The notes under the pieces were generated by a model. The model saw only the letters and a list, made by a program, of their open reading frames with translations, was not told where the DNA came from and did no database searches. A stretch of DNA of 64,000 nucleotides from Trichodelitschia bisporula (taxonomy: Eukaryota), in contig ML996705.1 in the NCBI GenBank assembly GCA_010356995.1, positions 632,539 through 696,538 on the forward strand, read 5' to 3'. Shown piece after piece: positions 44,703 to 56,756 of this stretch; positions within the stretch are counted from its first letter, which is position 1; every line of letters begins with the position of its first letter. The position numbers and the translations under genes were made by a program.

Positions 44703-46276
44703 CTGGGCCACGGTCAGATCACCATGCTTGTCCATGGCGAAGACGTGTGGTGACTATCGGCAGAGCACAGGGGTTAATGGACTTGACATCAAACGGATTT
44801 TGCAGTGGGGATGGCTGAGATATCCTTCATGACATGTACGCTAGTTCTAGTTAGCTCTAGAGTACTCATTAAAGCTGAATCGAGAATGAAGGAATGCCGA
44901 ATGAGTAGCTGCCGCGTCGGAGTGACCGAGAGCGTCAGGCTTTGGAGGCAGTGGTCTTTCCTATAGGCTTGATACTAGTGCCAAAAATTTGGCGAAAGGA
45001 GGAAGCGACGGTAAGATGCCTGGAACCCAGTCCACCAGTCAAAGTGTTTTTAGACGTGATCGGTGGTAGGCGGTGTCGATGACAGAGGCTGAAGATGTCG
45101 CTTAACCCCGGCAACCGCCTCTGACAACACTCGATGTGCCCCGACGCTTCGCCGGCGGGCCGACGGCGACAACGCAGGAGCAATCAATGTATTCGCAATG
45201 GGAAAGGACAATTCGTACCGTTTTAGTGACATGCTGTTCCGCTCCGTCGGTACCGGCGAATGAAGCGGCACGGAGTTACCTCATTTGGGGCGTTACTGAT
45301 GCGGGCGGTGTTCATGGCTGGCTGGGAGCAGCCCTACGATCGTGGACGACGTTTGAGGTTGCACAGCACACCACGCAGGTCGCATGCTGTAGCATGTGGA
45401 CTGAAGAGCGGTTAGCTTACGTACGAATATGAGAAAGTCTCCAGGTGTTCTCAGCCGTTGTTCGTCCTCGAAGTGCTTTGAGGGCGTGCTGGCTTCACCA
45501 TAGGTGAGAATCCCGCGTAGAGCGTTAGTTCGAACGGGATAGCGGAATATTCATGATAGAGCGCCACTCTTTGGATCGGCATTATTATCACGGCTCAGGA
45601 GTGCCAACTTTCGACCGCTGTGTGGCTGCAGTTATTGACCAGAAGTGTATACCAAGTCCCGGAGACATCTGTGCATCGCTGCACCCTACATCCATAGAAC
45701 ACTCATCTCAGCTGCCCTGCTGTACCACGCGGCTAGGGCGATACGAGAGCACACACAGCCCAGGACTCGCAGCATTGGTGATTTGGCTGAACTGCAGATG
45801 GAGCAGCTGCTCTCGGAAACAGACGTGAGGCTCAACGCTGCCGAAACTCGAGATTAGGCGACGTTGGTAGTTGGGATCAAGGTGGATCGGAGAACAACTG
45901 GCAACTGACGTCCCCAAAGTTAGACTAGTTGTCCGTCTTCCGCAGGGAAGCTTTCAGGCGGACAGCGCGATGGACGCTTGCTGGGTTGCCGGCATGTCCG
46001 TGTACTATTCACGGACGCCCAATCGTGCACTAGGCCAGGGGCCTGCATGAGCCTTGTCGGAGCCGCGGGAGGTCGATTATCGGACTTGGGATATCGACTC
46101 TAGTTCCAGGCGTTAAACATATACTGTAGTACTTAAAGATTCAGCTGTGACTGAGACGTAGCAAATCAGTCCATGCCACCTCCAGGCGAGTAGAGCAAAG
46201 GCATATCGTGCATCTATTTCCCCACATTTCACCTTCACTACATCAGGCTGCAGCAACACTGCATCACATCGGAACC

Positions 46277-47794
46277 ATGTCCGCCCTCAACGACGCCATC
46301 GTCGCCTTCCGCGACACAGAATACCCACAGCTCAAAGGCAAAGCCTACCTCGATCACGCCGGCTCCCAACTTCCCGCCGCATCCTTCATCACCGCCTTCG
46401 CCTCCGACCTCAACACCACCCTCTACGGCAACCCCCACTCCACATCCACACCCTCCCACCTCGCCGGCGCTCGCGTGGACGCCATACGCGCCCGCACCCT
46501 CGCCTTCTTCAACGCCTCACCAGAAGACTACGACCTGGTCTTCGTCGCCAATGCCACGGCCGCAATCCGCCTGGTGGGCGAGTGCTTCCGCGACCACGCC
46601 CTGCGCGCACGCAAGCACGCATTCTGGTACGCGCACCACCGTGACGCGCACAACTCGCTCATCGGCATCCGGGAGTTCGCCACTGAGCACCACTGCTTCG
46701 GGGACAAAGACGTCGAGGCCTGGCTCTCGAATCCGGCCACTAAACCTTCGGCCGCGAAGCCCGCCCTGTTCGCATACCCAGGTCAGTCCAACATGACAGG
46801 CCGCCGCCTGCCGCTGGACTGGCCTGTGCGCATCCGCGCCACGTACGGCAACAACGCATACACGCTCCTAGACGCCGCTGCCCTGGCCACCACCGCGCCA
46901 CTCAACATTGACGCGATAGCACCCGACTTTGCCTGCGTGTCCTTCTACAAGATCTTCGGGTACCCCGACCTGGGCGCCTTGATCGTTCGCAAAGCCTCTG
47001 CCGATATCCTTCGTCACCGAACATATTTCGCTGGTGGCACCGTCGACGTGGTGGTGAGCGACCCGGATACATGGCACGTGAAGCGCAAGACGTTGCACGA
47101 GGCGCTGGAGGAGGGAACCGTTGCGTTCCGATCCATCGTCGCGCTGGGACACGCCCTCGACACGCATAAGCGGTTGTACGGCAGCATGGAGGCCGTCTCA
47201 ACACACACAGCGGCGTTGACGCGGGGGATGCACGCTGCCTTGGCGGGACTGCGGCACGGCAATGGGCAGCCAATGGTCTGGATACACAACGAGGCCACGG
47301 CGATGCCGGGCGATGCGAAGACCCAAGGCGCGACGGTGGCATTCAATGTGCTGCACGGCGATGGCACGCTGGTGCCTTACGGGGACGTGGAGCGTGAGGC
47401 TGATGCGCGCGGAGTCTACGTGCGCAGCGGAGGGATGTGCAATCCTGGAGGCGTGCAAAAATACCTGGGGTGGAACGGAAAGGCGATGAAGATGGTGCTC
47501 AAGGCCGGGCATGGGTGCGCGACCCCGATACAGGTGCATGAGGGCAAGGCGACCGGGGTTGTTCGAGCCAGCTTGGGGGCGTGCAGCGTGCAGGCTGACG
47601 TCGACGCCTTGGTGAAATTTTTGCGATCCCAGTACCTCGAGAAAGCAGCATCTACGACTACCATCTACATTGCGACTGGAGCGGAGGCTGAACTAGAGAG
47701 TGTAAGCGAAATGAACGAGAAGGCCACTATGGGCAAGGTGAAGCGGCCAGTCGGGTGGGCAAAACGGGTTATGGGGTTGGCGGGGATACATTGA
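46277..47794 (+). CDS. Molybdenum cofactor sulfurase-like PLP enzyme (class V aminotransferase/NifS-like domain only)
   Basis: YLDHAG, GNPHS, FVANATAAI, AYPGQSNMTG, LLDAAA, SFYKIFGYPDLGAL (PLP Lys), RSGGMCNPG (Cys). No MOSC domain follows. Confidence 0.85.
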   Translation: MSALNDAIVAFRDTEYPQLKGKAYLDHAGSQLPAASFITAFASDLNTTLYGNPHSTSTPSHLAGARVDAIRARTLAFFNASPEDYDLVFVANATAAIRLVGECFRDHALRARKHAFWYAHHRDAHNSLIGIREFATEHHCFGDKDVEAWLSNPATKPSAAKPALFAYPGQSNMTGRRLPLDWPVRIRATYGNNAYTLLDAAALATTAPLNIDAIAPDFACVSFYKIFGYPDLGALIVRKASADILRHRTYFAGGTVDVVVSDPDTWHVKRKTLHEALEEGTVAFRSIVALGHALDTHKRLYGSMEAVSTHTAALTRGMHAALAGLRHGNGQPMVWIHNEATAMPGDAKTQGATVAFNVLHGDGTLVPYGDVEREADARGVYVRSGGMCNPGGVQKYLGWNGKAMKMVLKAGHGCATPIQVHEGKATGVVRASLGACSVQADVDALVKFLRSQYLEKAASTTTIYIATGAEAELESVSEMNEKATMGKVKRPVGWAKRVMGLAGIH

Positions 47795-48000
47795 GGCTGG
47801 GGGCTGGAGTTGCTTCTATGTTTCTTTTTGCATTAGCGATTGTGCATACTTTTTGGTTTCGGCGTGATAAGCGTCCATATACCTGGCGTTGGGACATATG
47901 CTGCAGTTAAGCAAATTTCTTTTGACAACGCATCCAGGAACAAAAGCATCGAACAGTTACATCGTTGCCACTAGTGCATTGCCAGTATAGTATGTACAGG

Positions 48001-48939
48001 CTACTTCTTCTCCTCCTTGGGTGGCTCCGGCTTTGGCGTCGGCAGTTTGAACTACACAGTCAGTAGTGTGCGCGAACATATGTCGAACGTACCTGATCTG
48101 GCGTCTGGTCCGAGCCAGGGCCCACCGGCTCCCACGCCGTCGAACCACCGCGAAAATTCCGGTAACCTTGAGTAAGCTCTAGAGGCTCGACCACGATGCG
48201 CTTCTTTTCCTCATCATACCGGATCTCGGTGTACCCGGTCATTGGGAAATCCTTCCGCAGTGGGTGCCCGTCGAAGCCATAATCAGTCATTATACGACGC
48301 AGATCCGGATGACCAGAAAAGAACACGCCGAATAGATCGTAGACCTCGCGCTCATACCAGTTGGCTCCGTCGAATAGAGACGTGACGCTCGGCACCGGCG
48401 TCGTCTCGTCAGCATAAGTCTTGACGCGTATCCTCGAGTTGTGGCGCACGCTGAGGAGATTGTAAACTACCTCAAAGCGCTGGTCCTTGGTGGGGTAGTC
48501 AACAGCTGTGATGTCAACCACCTGCGTGTACTCGGCCGCGGTGTGATACTTCAGGAAGGCCATAACTGGGAGGATGCCGGACGGGGGTACATAGACAGCC
48601 AGTTCGTCTTTCCAGACCGAAAACTGCTGAATGTACTTCGGCAAGCACGACATCAAGTACTGTCCATACTTGTGCAGCGCCTCGCCCTTATCCTTGTACT
48701 TGTCGTTTGGATCGACCGGTGGGACCTCCTGTGTCGGCTGCGCATCGCGGGGAGAGTCCTAATCTGGTCAGTTGACGCCCGCAGAAGAGCAGCGAATAGC
48801 ATACGCGGAAGTTGTGAAACTCCTCAGGAGCTTTGCACTGGCGCGGCACGATGGAGAAGGAGCGAAACGAGAGCGTCCGGGTTGCACGGCACGGAGCGCG
48901 CAGAGCTGCGACTCGGCTCGTGGCGAGACGGAGGGCCAT
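48001..48939 (-). CDS. NDUFS3: NADH:ubiquinone oxidoreductase 30-kDa subunit
   Basis: Mitochondrial presequence, [48 protein letters not shown]. Introns 48804..48759 and 48092..48052. Confidence 0.96.
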
Positions 48940-49425
48940 TGCGAGCAGCCGCCGGATGTCAATCTCCGCAGAGCAGCAGACAAGAGGATACGCGAAGGCG
49001 CGAGGAGAATGGAGGGGCGAGGCGAGGTGGATGGCGATGGCGAGGTCAAACTATGGATGGCTTGAACCTTGGAGTTGAGTTGACGTTCCGGGCTTGGCGT
49101 GGCGCGTTGATGCCTGAGGGCCGAAATTATGGATGCCTAAGGTGTGAGAGGGCTTGGCTCACACCTTTCCGTGTCGCCTGTCTTCCACCTCAACTTCTCC
49201 AACTCCCGTCCACCCTCGCGACCTCGACTCCGAAGCCCCGACGCTTCCTACTACCCTCCCAGCTACGGTATTATCAACCGACAGAAGGATACACGGACTC
49301 AGCACCACGTGCTCGCTCCACTTTTTCCACGTCACCAACTCTACGACACTGTTGATGCTCCACGCTCCGTCTCCAACACCTGCGCCACCCTCCTCCACCA
49401 CGCACTCCTCCATCTCCCTCCCGTC

Positions 49426-51649
49426 ATGTCGCGCTCACAGCAAGATCAATTCATCGATGATGACGAGGAAGATGAGGTTTGCCCTCTCTGCGTCGAGGAG
49501 TTTGACCTCACCGACAAGAACTTCCGCCCCTGCCCTTGCGGATACCAGGTACGTGTCTCATCCCTCACGGTGGTCATGTTTCGCCATTTCGCTGACGCCT
49601 GCCAGATATGCCAATTCTGCTTCAATAACATTCGGACGACAATGAATGGCCTGTGTCCGGCGTGTCGGCGACCCTACGATGACAAGAACATTCAGTGGAA
49701 GGTCATCAGCCATGAAGAGTAAGCCTCTTGCCGCTTATCGCGTCAGCCAAGCTGACCGTTGGCCCTTAGGATGGTCCAGCACAAGCATAATCTCGCGCAG
49801 CAGGCAAAGAAGAAGGCGGCGCAGAAACAGAAAGAGGCGCAGAAGCGTGAAGCGGACAACCTGAGTCGTAAACATCTCGCCGGGCTGCGTGTCCGCCAGA
49901 AGAATCTTGTCTACGTCACGGGCATGAAGCCGAAGATCCAGGGCGACCGGCTGGTCGAAGCGCTGCGCGGCAAGGAGTACTTTGGCCAATACGGCGAGAT
50001 CATCAAGATTGTTGTCAGCAAAGCAAAGGACGCCTCGCAAGGCCTGCAACCCGTTGGTGTCTACGTGACGTTTGCGCGCAAGGAGGATGCAGCCCTGTGT
50101 ATCGAGTGTATCAACTCGAACCCGCAGAGTGAAGGCCGGGTCAGGTATGGGGACTGACACGTGATGTGGTGAAGATGCTGACTTCCATAGGGCGCAATAC
50201 GGCACCACCAAGTACTGCTCGGCATACCTTAGGGGTGAGACCTGCAACAACCGCAGCTGCATGTTTTTGCATGAGCCTGGCGAGCAGAACGAGAGTTTTA
50301 CGCGACAGGACCTGTCGTCGATGAACGCCGCCTCGTCGCAGCAGCCTTCGCAGCAGGGGTCCCATTCTCACCCTCCGCCGACCCAGTCTCAGCCAGCATC
50401 TCTCCCCCCGCAGCCCCAGCCTCCAGTGCCACAGCCTGCACACCCGCAACTTCAGCATGAGGAGCCGACCAGCCCCGTCGAGAGCAACGCCGACGCCCCT
50501 GCGCTACCGACAACTGCCAACTGGGCCGCCCAGGCCCGGCGTCCAAGCCAAGCAACCAGCTCATCCGCCTTTTCCGCCAGCTCGGCTGCTGAGTCTGTCG
50601 AACCTGAGGAGCCTTCTGGCCCCGCATCACGTACCAGGAGATCTCAGGCCGAAGCCTCGCCGTTCGACGACCTGCTCAAGAAGGCATTCAACCCGGATAT
50701 TAAGTGGCGGTTTAACTACGACATCCTCAGCGATGAAGATCGCAAGTTCATCGATATCCGGCCGCCAATGTGGGACCCTGATGGTGGCGCTCGGAGGCGC
50801 GCTGCGAAGCAGCAGGAGCAAGAAGCCGAACTTCGCACCGCTGCGCGCGAACCCGAGGAAACGGCAGAGAGCGGAAGTATGCAGCTCGGCGGCGAACCCG
50901 ACGATCAAAAATGGAACCAGCAACAAGCCATTCAGCCGCCTGCTACGACGAACTTCGGACTGCAACCGTCTCTTGGAGATGATCTCGCCGGCCTCGGCAA
51001 CGGCCGCGTCTTGACGCCGACGCAGGCGCAGCAGCAGCAACTGCTCATGCAGCTCAAGATGGGCAGCGTGCCCCACCAGCCGACGCACGGCAGGCAGCCA
51101 TCGAGGTTCTCGTTCACCAATGATGCAACGTCGATTAAGAAGCTCCCTGTCAATGGTGGCGTCTATCCGCACCAACCCATCGGCGGAGCCAGCACCGGCC
51201 AGTACTACAGTGGCGTGCAAGGACCGCCTCCGGGACTCAAGACCAGCACGCCACCCGTCAGCGGAGGTGGCATGTTCGGGCAGGGCCACGGTTTTACCGC
51301 TGGCTACCGGGAAGACTTTGCTCGCGGTTCGCAGCGTGGCGATACGCAATCCGCAAAGCGTGAGTACATGTTTCCTTTTCAACCTTCCCCCGCGTCGGTG
51401 TCTCCCGCCATGTTTCCCTACGGCTCCGCGTACCAAGAGGGCAAGAAGAAGAAGGGCAAAAAGCATAGACATGCTAACACTTCCTCCTCTGGAGGAGGTG
51501 GCGTAGTTGATGTTGCAGACCCAAGCATTCTCCAGGCGCGGCTGCACCAGAATGGCGCTGCGGGAATCCCTGGCCAGGGCCTTTACGGCGCTTCGCAAGG
51601 TCCAGGTGGGTTCCCTATGTATGGCGGCAACTTTGCCCGCTGGGGCTAG
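49426..51649 (+). CDS. NOT4: Not4 short isoform (reads through the donor at 51360)
   Basis: The frame stays open for about 96 codons into the long intron: REYMFPF..KKKKGKKHRHANTSSSGGGGVVDVADPSILQARL..FARWG*. Confidence 0.75.
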
Positions 51650-54139
51650 GAGTTTTTGGCGTTATCTTTCTCATGGGCAAAAACGGGGTCACAATCTGAG
51701 CATTTGTACATGGTGGTTTGCGTTCAACGGGGCCGGCCTGCTTCGTCCTGTCGTCCTACGTCATCTCCGGGGATTTGTATGTAGGTTTTCGAACTATAAT
51801 ACTGTCGAGCGTTTTATTTGCGTGGAGTGACGAGGACGACAGCCGACATACTTTTGCACAAAACCCCCTTTTCGTAAGCTGTAGGCTAACTTCGAGTCGT
51901 CTTAGATGACCTGTTGCCCGCCCTCGGTCAGATCGAGCCGCCCCGCCGCGCGACGCCCACTGTGCCACCGGGGCTTTTCGCGATTAAGCCTGCCTTGCCG
52001 CTGGCGCCGAGTCCCGTAGAAGCGCCCGAAGTGCGCGCTGTACCGGAGTCGAAGAGTAAACTAAAGGAAGCGCGCACAGGAAGGGATGAAGATGCCGAAG
52101 GTAAGAAGGACAGCGAGGTAGGAAGTTGGCCGGGTCATCTTGTAAAGCGTAAAAACGAAGATGAGGAACAATCAGGCGTCTCAGGAGTCGAGCAGACGTC
52201 GAAGAGTGACGAGGCTGTCGCCCCTGTCGTTCGCCGTGGCCGAAAGTCTCGCGAAGCAGCTGTACCCGCTGACGCCTTGTCCGAAGTTCCTCTCACGCCC
52301 AAGAAGGGCACCGCTGCCGCAGCCTCGACTGCGGCTCGGGAATCACGCAAGGAGAACAAGAAGAAGGGCAAGAAAGCCGCGTCATCGGGAGCCTCGGAGG
52401 AGTCAAAAGGCAATGACCTAGCGCTGGAGGCTAAACGACCTGAACCAGTGTCGGAGCCCGAGCGACCTGAGCCAGTACCAGAACCAGCTCCAGAAGTGAA
52501 GCCTCAGAAAGGGCCATCGAAGAGTCAAGCCAGGAAGCAGCCCAAACCGATCAAGATCCCCATATCAGCACTGGGGGAGTCGGAGCACTCGACGCCCACG
52601 TATCTCTCTCAAGAGATCACGGCACGCTCGTCGCGTGCTCCGTCGCTGACGATGTCTCCATCGCGGCCGTCGACCCCAGCTGGCACTGACTCGCCGCTCA
52701 AGCGTGTAGTGCAGCCGCGCACTTTGCGCATCACCGATATGGCGAAATCAGAGGCACCGCCGGCCACCCCGTCCGCTTCTGCACCGTTTAGTCCTGTAGT
52801 TGCTCCGAAGGTTGCTTCACGCCGTGCAAGCATCACACAGCCGGGCACTCCCATGAGTGAGCGCTTGGACGGCTTCTCGCTTCCCTCAACGTCCGTTTCG
52901 CGTGCAAGCTCGCCTCCGCCCGTCGGACGGAAAGCCGAGAAGAAACGCGCGCGCAAGCTGCAGAAGCAAAACGACGTTGATGCTGTCGCAACTGCCGCTC
53001 AAGAGGCAGCTGAAGTTCATGCCCCCATCCTTGCACGCAAAACCAAGTCGAAGAAGAAGACTTCAAGCGGGGCATCCACCAGCGCCCCTGAGGTAAAGGA
53101 GGCGACTGAGCCCGCTAAGCTAAAGGAGAAAGAGCAAGCGCCCCCGGTAAAGGCTAAGCCTGCATCGCCAGCTCCGACAACGCCAGTCGAGCCTCCGCAA
53201 CCGGTGAGACCTGTGTCCCCGGAGCAGAAGACGTCACCTGGCAAAGCTCTCAGCGCTGCCGAGCTTCTACGCGCCATCGAGGGCCAACTGCCGCTCTCGT
53301 TGGCTAGTCTTTCGTTGTTCCAAATGCTTAACAGCCAGTCACACCTCCGTCGCCAGGGTGTCGAGCCCTTCAACTCAGCCGACGCGCAGAACTACCTCGA
53401 GCAAAAACGGTTCGAGGTTACGCCTGCCATTGAAGCTCAACTCCGCGAAGGCAAGCCTGTGTGCGCCGACATGCAAGACGGACGCCTGAGCGGCCGCATC
53501 ATGATTACCCCACAGGGCACGCGGCTCTCGTGCTTGACGGCCGAGGAGGAGGCGCGCTACCTGGCGTTGGAGCAAGTCGTCAACAATGAGCGCAACGCCC
53601 ACGGTGCGCTACGCTGGGGCGGCGCCGACCGCTTCGGAAAGCCTGGCCAGTTCGCTGGCTCGCAGCGCGATGACCGTGGCCAGCCCGTGCCGCGCACCTT
53701 GAGCGAACGCGAGGCTGCCGCGCAGGCCCGCTTCGAGGCGGCGCAGTGCCAGGTGGTGAAGGAGCGCGGCCAGTTCTACAAGAACCCGTGGGACTGGCAT
53801 GCCAGTGTGCCTCCTATTGATCCGGCGTTTGCGGCGCAGTATGGCGGTGACACGTACGGGCTTGACGAGGCGGCTGCGTACGTCAACCAGTTCGTGATGC
53901 CGGCGCCGTTGCCGCAGGATGCGGATCTCGAGGAGCGGGATGCGTTTGGGTCGGCGTTTGCGGTACCGTCGTTTACTGGCGTTGAGCGAGCGAAGGAGAA
54001 GAAGGAGCCTGGGTCGCTGGCGGAGCTGGAGCGCGAGCTGACGGAGTCGAGGAAGGAGGCCGATTCACTCATGAAGAAGTACAATGAGTGGGTCAAGAAG
54101 AACAAGAAGGTGGTGTTTGGCAGCGTGGGTGTGCACTGA
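49426..54139 (+). CDS. NOT4: CCR4-NOT E3 ligase Not4, long spliced isoform
   Basis: C4C4 RING CPLC..CPCGYQICQFC..CPAC, RRM (QKNLVYV, EYFGQYG), C3H finger. Introns 49549..49605, 49719..49769, 50145..50190, plus 51360..51905, which joins in frame (C+AT GAC CTG TTG) to the 51914..54139 ORF. Confidence 0.85.
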
Positions 54140-55053
54140 GTGGCGATGGGGGCTAGCATCTGCGCTGTCTCCGTTCCGGGTCATCGATAGCCCTGGTGTC
54201 GGCCCGCCAGAGAGTGGGAGCGTTCAGAGACTTTAAATTCCGAGTCCGGCCCAGCTTGCCATCCGCGGCTGGATGCGGACTTAAAGTACCTCCGGGAGAT
54301 AACGCCGAAGGGGTCAATGTCGTGGCCTGACCGTCCATGTCTTAGACGTTGTGTGTATGAGGCTTTCGAGCCATTCCTCTGTAATGTTGTTAGCCTGCAG
54401 TCAATTTATTCGTATTGACTTTGACTTTGTGAACACGCAGTGTCGACTGTGCATGAATGTAGGCAGCAGTAACGTGGGTCGAGATATAGGAGAGTTTGAG
54501 AAGCCATGTAGCCCCTATTAGACGAGTCATCTCTGCTATGCATCACCGGAAGCCACGTGGACCAAACCCAAACTTGGGAGTCCCTACGTAGTAGAGCCAG
54601 CGTTGTCGTCCTCAGCAAACTCGTGTACGGGGCGAATGCCACGAGCGGCATGTCGAACGGAACCTTCCTCCGTCTGTACTGTGTATGTTTAGGAGCCAGT
54701 CAAGCTGCAGTGTTCATATGAGGCAGGCAGCTCCGTCAAAGGGACCGGGAGCGGCACATAGGATCAAGCAAGTACGGAAAGCATCATGATCTTGAAGTTG
54801 TTTGGATTTTAAGAAAACTACAGCTGTATGGCGCGGACTCACCTCGCTGACAGAATCGCAACACAAGAATCTACCGGGTATCAAAACCGTCGAGCTGCAT
54901 GCTGCCATCAGCGACATTTTGCAACAAGAAGGAAGCCGGACCTGAGTTCACTTTTTAAATTCGCCGCCCCGAAACTGAAGAGCAGCATTGCCGGCGGCAG
55001 CTGTCGTTAATTGTCCCATTACTCCGTACCACACATACCTTGGCCCACGCAAA

Positions 55054-56003
55054 TCACCACCGTCCACCGTATCCCCTGCCGCCTCGGAATCCGCCTCTGT
55101 GGCCTCCGCCCCGGCCGTACCCACCACCGCGACCATAGCCACGATCTCCAAAATCTTGGCCGCCTATGGCCTCCTCCTGGCGCACGGGAGGTGGCTTCCC
55201 GCGGTATTCCTTGCTGAGGGCTTCGTACGTCTTGCGCATCTGCGCGTAGCCCAGGTGCATCTTGCCGTAGAAGTGATCGGCGAGCCGGCGGTCGTTGTCG
55301 AGTCTGCTGAGGTAAGCGCCGCAGACGTCGCATACCTGGAGCTTTTGGTGACCGGAGGGTCCGGACGTGTCGGAGAGCGATTTGAGCTGCCGTTCGCACT
55401 CCTCCTTTGCTTGTTTGGCCTGGCGAATCTTGAAGAACTCGGAGGCAGCCACGTTCACAATGCCTTCGTCGCACATAATGCGGATTTCTTCGAGACCGAC
55501 GTTGATCGTCTGAGCGAGATCGTCAATCTGCTTGAGCTGCGGGGGGTCAGCGGGATGGCGAAAGGAAAACGGGAAGCATGGCACGCACCAGCGAGTTGGT
55601 CTGCCGGATCTCATCAGGCGTCTTCTCCAGTCGACGCTGCGCCGTCTCGATGCGCCGATTACACTCGTCGACATACTTTTGCATGTCACGCAAGTAGTCG
55701 TACTCGAATCCCCACCGCTTCTTCTGCTCCGCGTCCGCCTGCTCGTACTCGTTCTTGAGCGCCTCATTGTGAATCTTGGGGCACGGTCCAAAATCTTGCT
55801 TTGTGTTGGTGAACAGATCGTGCGGGCATGTGCCAGCGAGATACGAGCGGCAGACCTTGGGGTCAGTGATGGAGACTTGAGGCGCGCGCGGGCCGGGGCC
55901 GCTCATGAGCTGCTCGCCCATAAGCTGCTCTATGACACGTTAGTGAGAACATGTGAATTGCCACAAGGAACTTACCCAGCAACTTTCTTTGTTCTGCCGC
56001 CAT
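55054..56003 (-). CDS. LUC7: U1 snRNP-associated splicing factor Luc7
   Basis: MAAEQRKLLEQLMG, ZnF1 CRSYLAGTCPHDLFTNTK..CPKIH, ZnF2 QKLQVCDVCGAYLS..DHFYGKMH, RGG tail. Introns 55975..55930 and 55588..55537. Confidence 0.96.
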
Positions 56004-56314
56004 GATGAAGATGTGGAGTGGAGTGGAGATGCGTGGGATGCAGGTTGCACGTTGACGGTCGCGTTCTGGCGATGCGCCCTTGCCATCCAGGTGGTCTGTG
56101 CGCCATGTTTGCGGCTTCTATGGCCACCTCCGAGACGCTTTCACTGGGCCGACGGGCTATAGACTGATATTTCTGTAAAAGAAAAGCAGTGCCGAATCCT
56201 TCGTGCTTGTCGCATAAGGATCGAAAATATAATCAGGACTTCCAACTTTGCAAGTCTCGCAAATGCAGCCGAGCAGTCTCGGCATGCCGAAGAGAAGCGA
56301 GACAAAAGCAAAAA

Positions 56315-56406
56315 TGCGTCGGCCGGGAATCGAACCCGGGGCCCGTCGAATTATCCCGAATCGCTTCGGATGGCAACGACGGATTTTACCACTAAACCAC
56401 CAACGC
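56315..56406 (-). tRNA. tRNA-Gly(GCC) with 21-nt intron
   Basis: GCGTTGGTGGTTTAGTGGTAAAATCCGTCGTTGCCA-[intron]-TCGACGGGCCCCGGGTTCGATTCCCGGCCGACGCA, followed by a T run. Confidence 0.95.
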
Positions 56407-56678
56407 TGTTCTTGGCGATGGACTTTATGCTCAGTTATCTATTGTTATTGGCTTGGTATCCTGCTTGCGTTGGTACCGAAGCTCGGATAGGCTTTCGATC
56501 TCAGCTACAGAACCGGCAGGGTCTGACAAGGAGGCTCGCGAAAGTGTACAAAATTCACTGCTTCAACTGCGGGTCCACAAGGACTACTTCTACAACAGGA
56601 ATTTGATCCCATCGTGAATTTCTCTAGAGTTGATAAGCACATAAAGAAGTTCCTCTTTACCACATTTGCAACAAAAAA

Positions 56679-56756
56679 GTGGTGGAACATCCATCTTCTC
56701 GGGCCCTCGAGGCAAAAGCTTCGGGCCGAGAAGATCATTCCCGCCCTGACCACCAC
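56679..56756 (-). ncRNA. Candidate structured RNA in the tRNA-Glu 3' trailer, ending in T6
   Basis: Terminal stem GTGGTGG/CCACCAC, 10-bp perfect stem ATCTTCTCGG/CCGAGAAGAT, GC-TTTT-GC apex, immediately followed by TTTTTT (56678..56673). Confidence 0.45.

Noticed and set aside
51914..54139. Independent 741-aa gene
   Set aside because: It starts at TTG directly after a branch point and acceptor in frame with NOT4, so it is better explained as a terminal exon.
56679..56756. U5 snRNA, box C/D snoRNA or Y-RNA identity for the trailer hairpin
   Set aside because: It lacks the U5 GCCUUUUAC loop and Sm site, has no box C to go with the plus-strand CTGA, and has no Ro-binding helix.
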